Positions 61,687-64,000 of a DNA stretch of 64,000 nt are shown here, piece after piece. The notes under the pieces were generated by a model. The model ran no database searches. It saw only the letters and a program-made list of their open reading frames with translations, and was not told the origin of the DNA. The DNA is from Eledone cirrhosa (Eukaryota). Each line of letters opens with the position of its first letter. The first letter of the stretch is position 1. The position numbers and the translations under genes are program-made. The stretch spans positions 12,090,001-12,154,000 of the forward strand of contig OZ024747.1 in assembly GCA_964016885.1 (NCBI GenBank), written 5' to 3'.

Positions 61687-61980
61687 AAGTAGTTCCACAA
61701 CAGTTAGTTCACCATACTGAGAACAATTGTTTCACCTTATTCAGATCATCAGCTCAGTCTAAATGAAGTTGTACGGAAAAGGAAAAAAAAAAAAAAAACA
61801 ACCGTACGGTCTTTCCTTTTCCGTACAACTTCATTTAGACCAAACTGTGGATCTGAATAAGGTGAAATAATTGTTCTCGGTATGGTGAACTAACCTGTTG
61901 TGGAACTACTTCTACCTAACTCCTCCCATGGACTGAGTGCTCTACTACTACGGATATAAACAACCAGTGTTCTACTATTA
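61687..61980 (+). mobile_element. Family C fold-back element (about 95-bp arms plus tail) between (TA)n tracts
   Basis: 61687-61785 is the reverse complement of 61812-61911; tail with gactgagtgctct. Confidence 0.85.
61716..61758 (-). ncRNA. Minimal type I hammerhead ribozyme motif (intact core)
   Basis: ACUGAG-CUGAUGA-ucugaauaaggu-GAAA-C AAUU G-UU-CUCAGU: 6-bp stem I, palindromic CAAUUG helix III, GUU triplet. Confidence 0.7.
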
Positions 61981-62001
61981 TATATATATATATATATATA
62001 T

Positions 62002-62062
62002 ATAGGAAAAGGTATGACCCCGACGGCAGAGCTCAAGCCGTTTCGACGGCTATTTCTGAACT
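62002..62062 (-). mobile_element. Half copy of the family B element
   Basis: gaccccgacggcagagctcaagccgtttcgacggctatttctgaac matches 15095-15140. Confidence 0.75.
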
Positions 62063-62070
62063 AAATTAGA

Positions 62071-62109
<39 letters not shown>

Positions 62110-62258
62110 CAGCATTAAACATCAGTTTTTTGCTTGCACTATATATACAGAGGGGTTTATAATAGTTGTACTGACTGAAGACAGGAACATTTAGCAGTGT
62201 AGTAGAGTGTATACTATTTCTATAATTGGTACAAATTGAAGAGAGGAGCAGGCAACAG

Positions 62259-62384
<126 letters not shown>

Positions 62385-62389
62385 ATAGA

Positions 62390-62560
62390 AGATCACACCA
62401 CCTAGCTTTGACTTTGGAGGCAGTCGATTAACTGCCCTTAGTTATGACATCAGTAGCTGAATACACACCAACTTGAAAAGAGTGTGTATTCAGCTACTGA
62501 CGTCAGAACTAAGGGCAGTTAATTGCCTGCCTCCAAAGTCAAAGATAGGTGGCGTGATCT
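62390..62560. repeat. Palindrome with about 78-bp arms inside a microsatellite
   Basis: agatcacaccacctagctttgac...gaatacacac versus gtgtgtattc...gtcaaagataggtggcgtgatct. Confidence 0.85.
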
Positions 62561-63209
62561 ACATATATATATTTATTTATAGAGAGAGGAGTGAAGATAT
62601 TTGACCAAGAGACTGTGGTACGAACCAGAAAGTTTTCAAAAAATAGCCAGTAGACACAACATTACAATAACATGCTACAAATATGATATATTAAGTGGTG
62701 GTGTGTGGTGTGTGTGTGGTGTGGTGTGTGGTGCGTGTGTGGATTAAGAGCTTCCTTCAGTCATAACTGACCATGAGTTTGCACCTAGAAAGTTCCTCTC
62801 AAAGGCACAATCATGGACATGGTGTTTAACGAAAGACCAGCAGTCACCCATACATACCATTCTCCCCTCCCCCATGCCACACATCTTGTCCAAGGGAAAG
62901 GCAAAGGCTGATACAACTTGACAAGTATCATCAACAGATGAACTTAGAACGTGAGGGGCTGAAAGAGATACAAAGTATCATGCCCGAGACCAACAATTCT
63001 GCCAACCTACTGCCAGTGGACTGGTAATTTATCAACCCCAAAAGGCTGGAAGGCAAAGTTGACCTTGGTAGGTTTTTAACTCAGAGCAGAGAGACCCAGA
63101 ACAAATACTGCAAAGCATTTCCATCTGACACTCCAACAATTCTGCCAATTCAATACCTAGTGGATGTGTGCATATATATATATATATATGATTTCATTTT
63201 GATGATTTC

Positions 63210-63530
63210 ATTTTACGTCCGCTTTTCCCTGCTTGCAAGGGTGGGACGGGAACTGATTCTGGCTTGATTTCTACAGCTGGATGCCCTTCCTAACACCAAC
63301 CTCATTTACAGTGAGTGCTGGGTGCTTTTTTGCCGTGGCACCTCCACAACCCCTTTGCAGTGGAATGATATGGACCCCAGTCCTATCATCTCATTTCTAC
63401 AGCTGAGTAAACTGGAGCAATGTGAAATAAAGTGTCTTGCTCAAGGAAACAACACATCACCCGGTCTGAGAATTGAACTCACAACCTTTCGATTGCAAGG
63501 CCAATGCTCTAACCACTAAGCCATGTGCCT
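63210..63530 (-). mobile_element. Full-length composite family 2 SINE
   Basis: Near-identical to 14225-14550. Confidence 0.85.
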
Positions 63531-63540
63531 TTATATATAT

Positions 63541-63597
63541 ATATCCCTTCCATATACTGTACCGATTGTGTTGTTATTTCTGTTTACCTTTTACATA
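63541..63597 (+). mobile_element. 3' tail of the family D element
   Basis: atatcccttccatatactgtaccgattgtgttgttatttctgtttaccttttacata is the reverse complement of about 10523-10579. Confidence 0.75.
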
Positions 63598-63965
63598 TAT
63601 ATATATATATATATACACACACATACACACACACACACACACATATATATTGATATGTGTGTATGTGCACATATGCACGTTAATGTACATGTGTTTGAGT
63701 GTGTGAGTGTGTATAACATAAATAACATAAATACATGAAAACATGCATCAGTGAACAAGCCATCTATCATTTCCTCACAGAAAAGACTACAATTGTGAGG
63801 TGACCTTGAAGTGACCTTGACATTAACATTAAACTAAGATCAATGATATATAAAGATGTCATAACATGAACCAGGCAGTTAGAGAGAGAGAGAGAACAGA
63901 GTGGTCAATACTGACCAGAGACTCAGTGTCAGACCAATACATTGGTCAAGTCACTCTTTACTTAC

Positions 63966-63995
63966 CGTACGACCATGGCTGTCCACTATAGTAAT
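63966..63995 (-). CDS. AFDN: Candidate 30-nt afadin micro-exon (ITIVDSHGRT in phase 0)
   Basis: tgtag|ATTACTATAGTGGACAGCCATGGTCGTACG|gtaagt; the polypyrimidine tract lies outside the window. Confidence 0.4.
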
Positions 63996-64000
63996 CTACA

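Overview
Eukaryotic, very AT-rich, microsatellite-dense DNA. The repeat content (tRNA-derived SINEs, an RTE LINE with a matching SINE tail) points to an octopod cephalopod; this is an inference. Two convergent intron-rich genes were reconstructed by hand from GT-AG sites and phase matching. (1) On the + strand (11098-21531, 11 exons, 615 aa, start not located) is a RIMS-binding-protein-like gene with an apparently reduced coiled-coil/SH3/FN3/SH3 layout. (2) On the - strand (58752 down to 45006, 10 exons, 1538 aa in window) is the 3' half of afadin/canoe, with PDZ, a PHQGP-repeat exon, a coiled coil and the C-terminal actin-binding motif, plus a candidate 30-nt PDZ micro-exon at the window edge. 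Between them lies a 5'-truncated, disrupted RTE LINE with a PHD finger embedded in ORF2. The most striking unexplained signal is a set of short non-coding elements inserted in (TA)n tracts. They combine a 5' fold-back palindrome, a minimal type I hammerhead ribozyme (CUGAUGA...GAAA with palindromic helix III) and a short tail, like non-autonomous Penelope-type retroelements; two copies keep intact catalytic cores. Also noted: a sharp SINE strand switch at about 40 kb, a recursive-splice-like AG|GTGAGT site, an AP-1 motif array and many private minisatellites.
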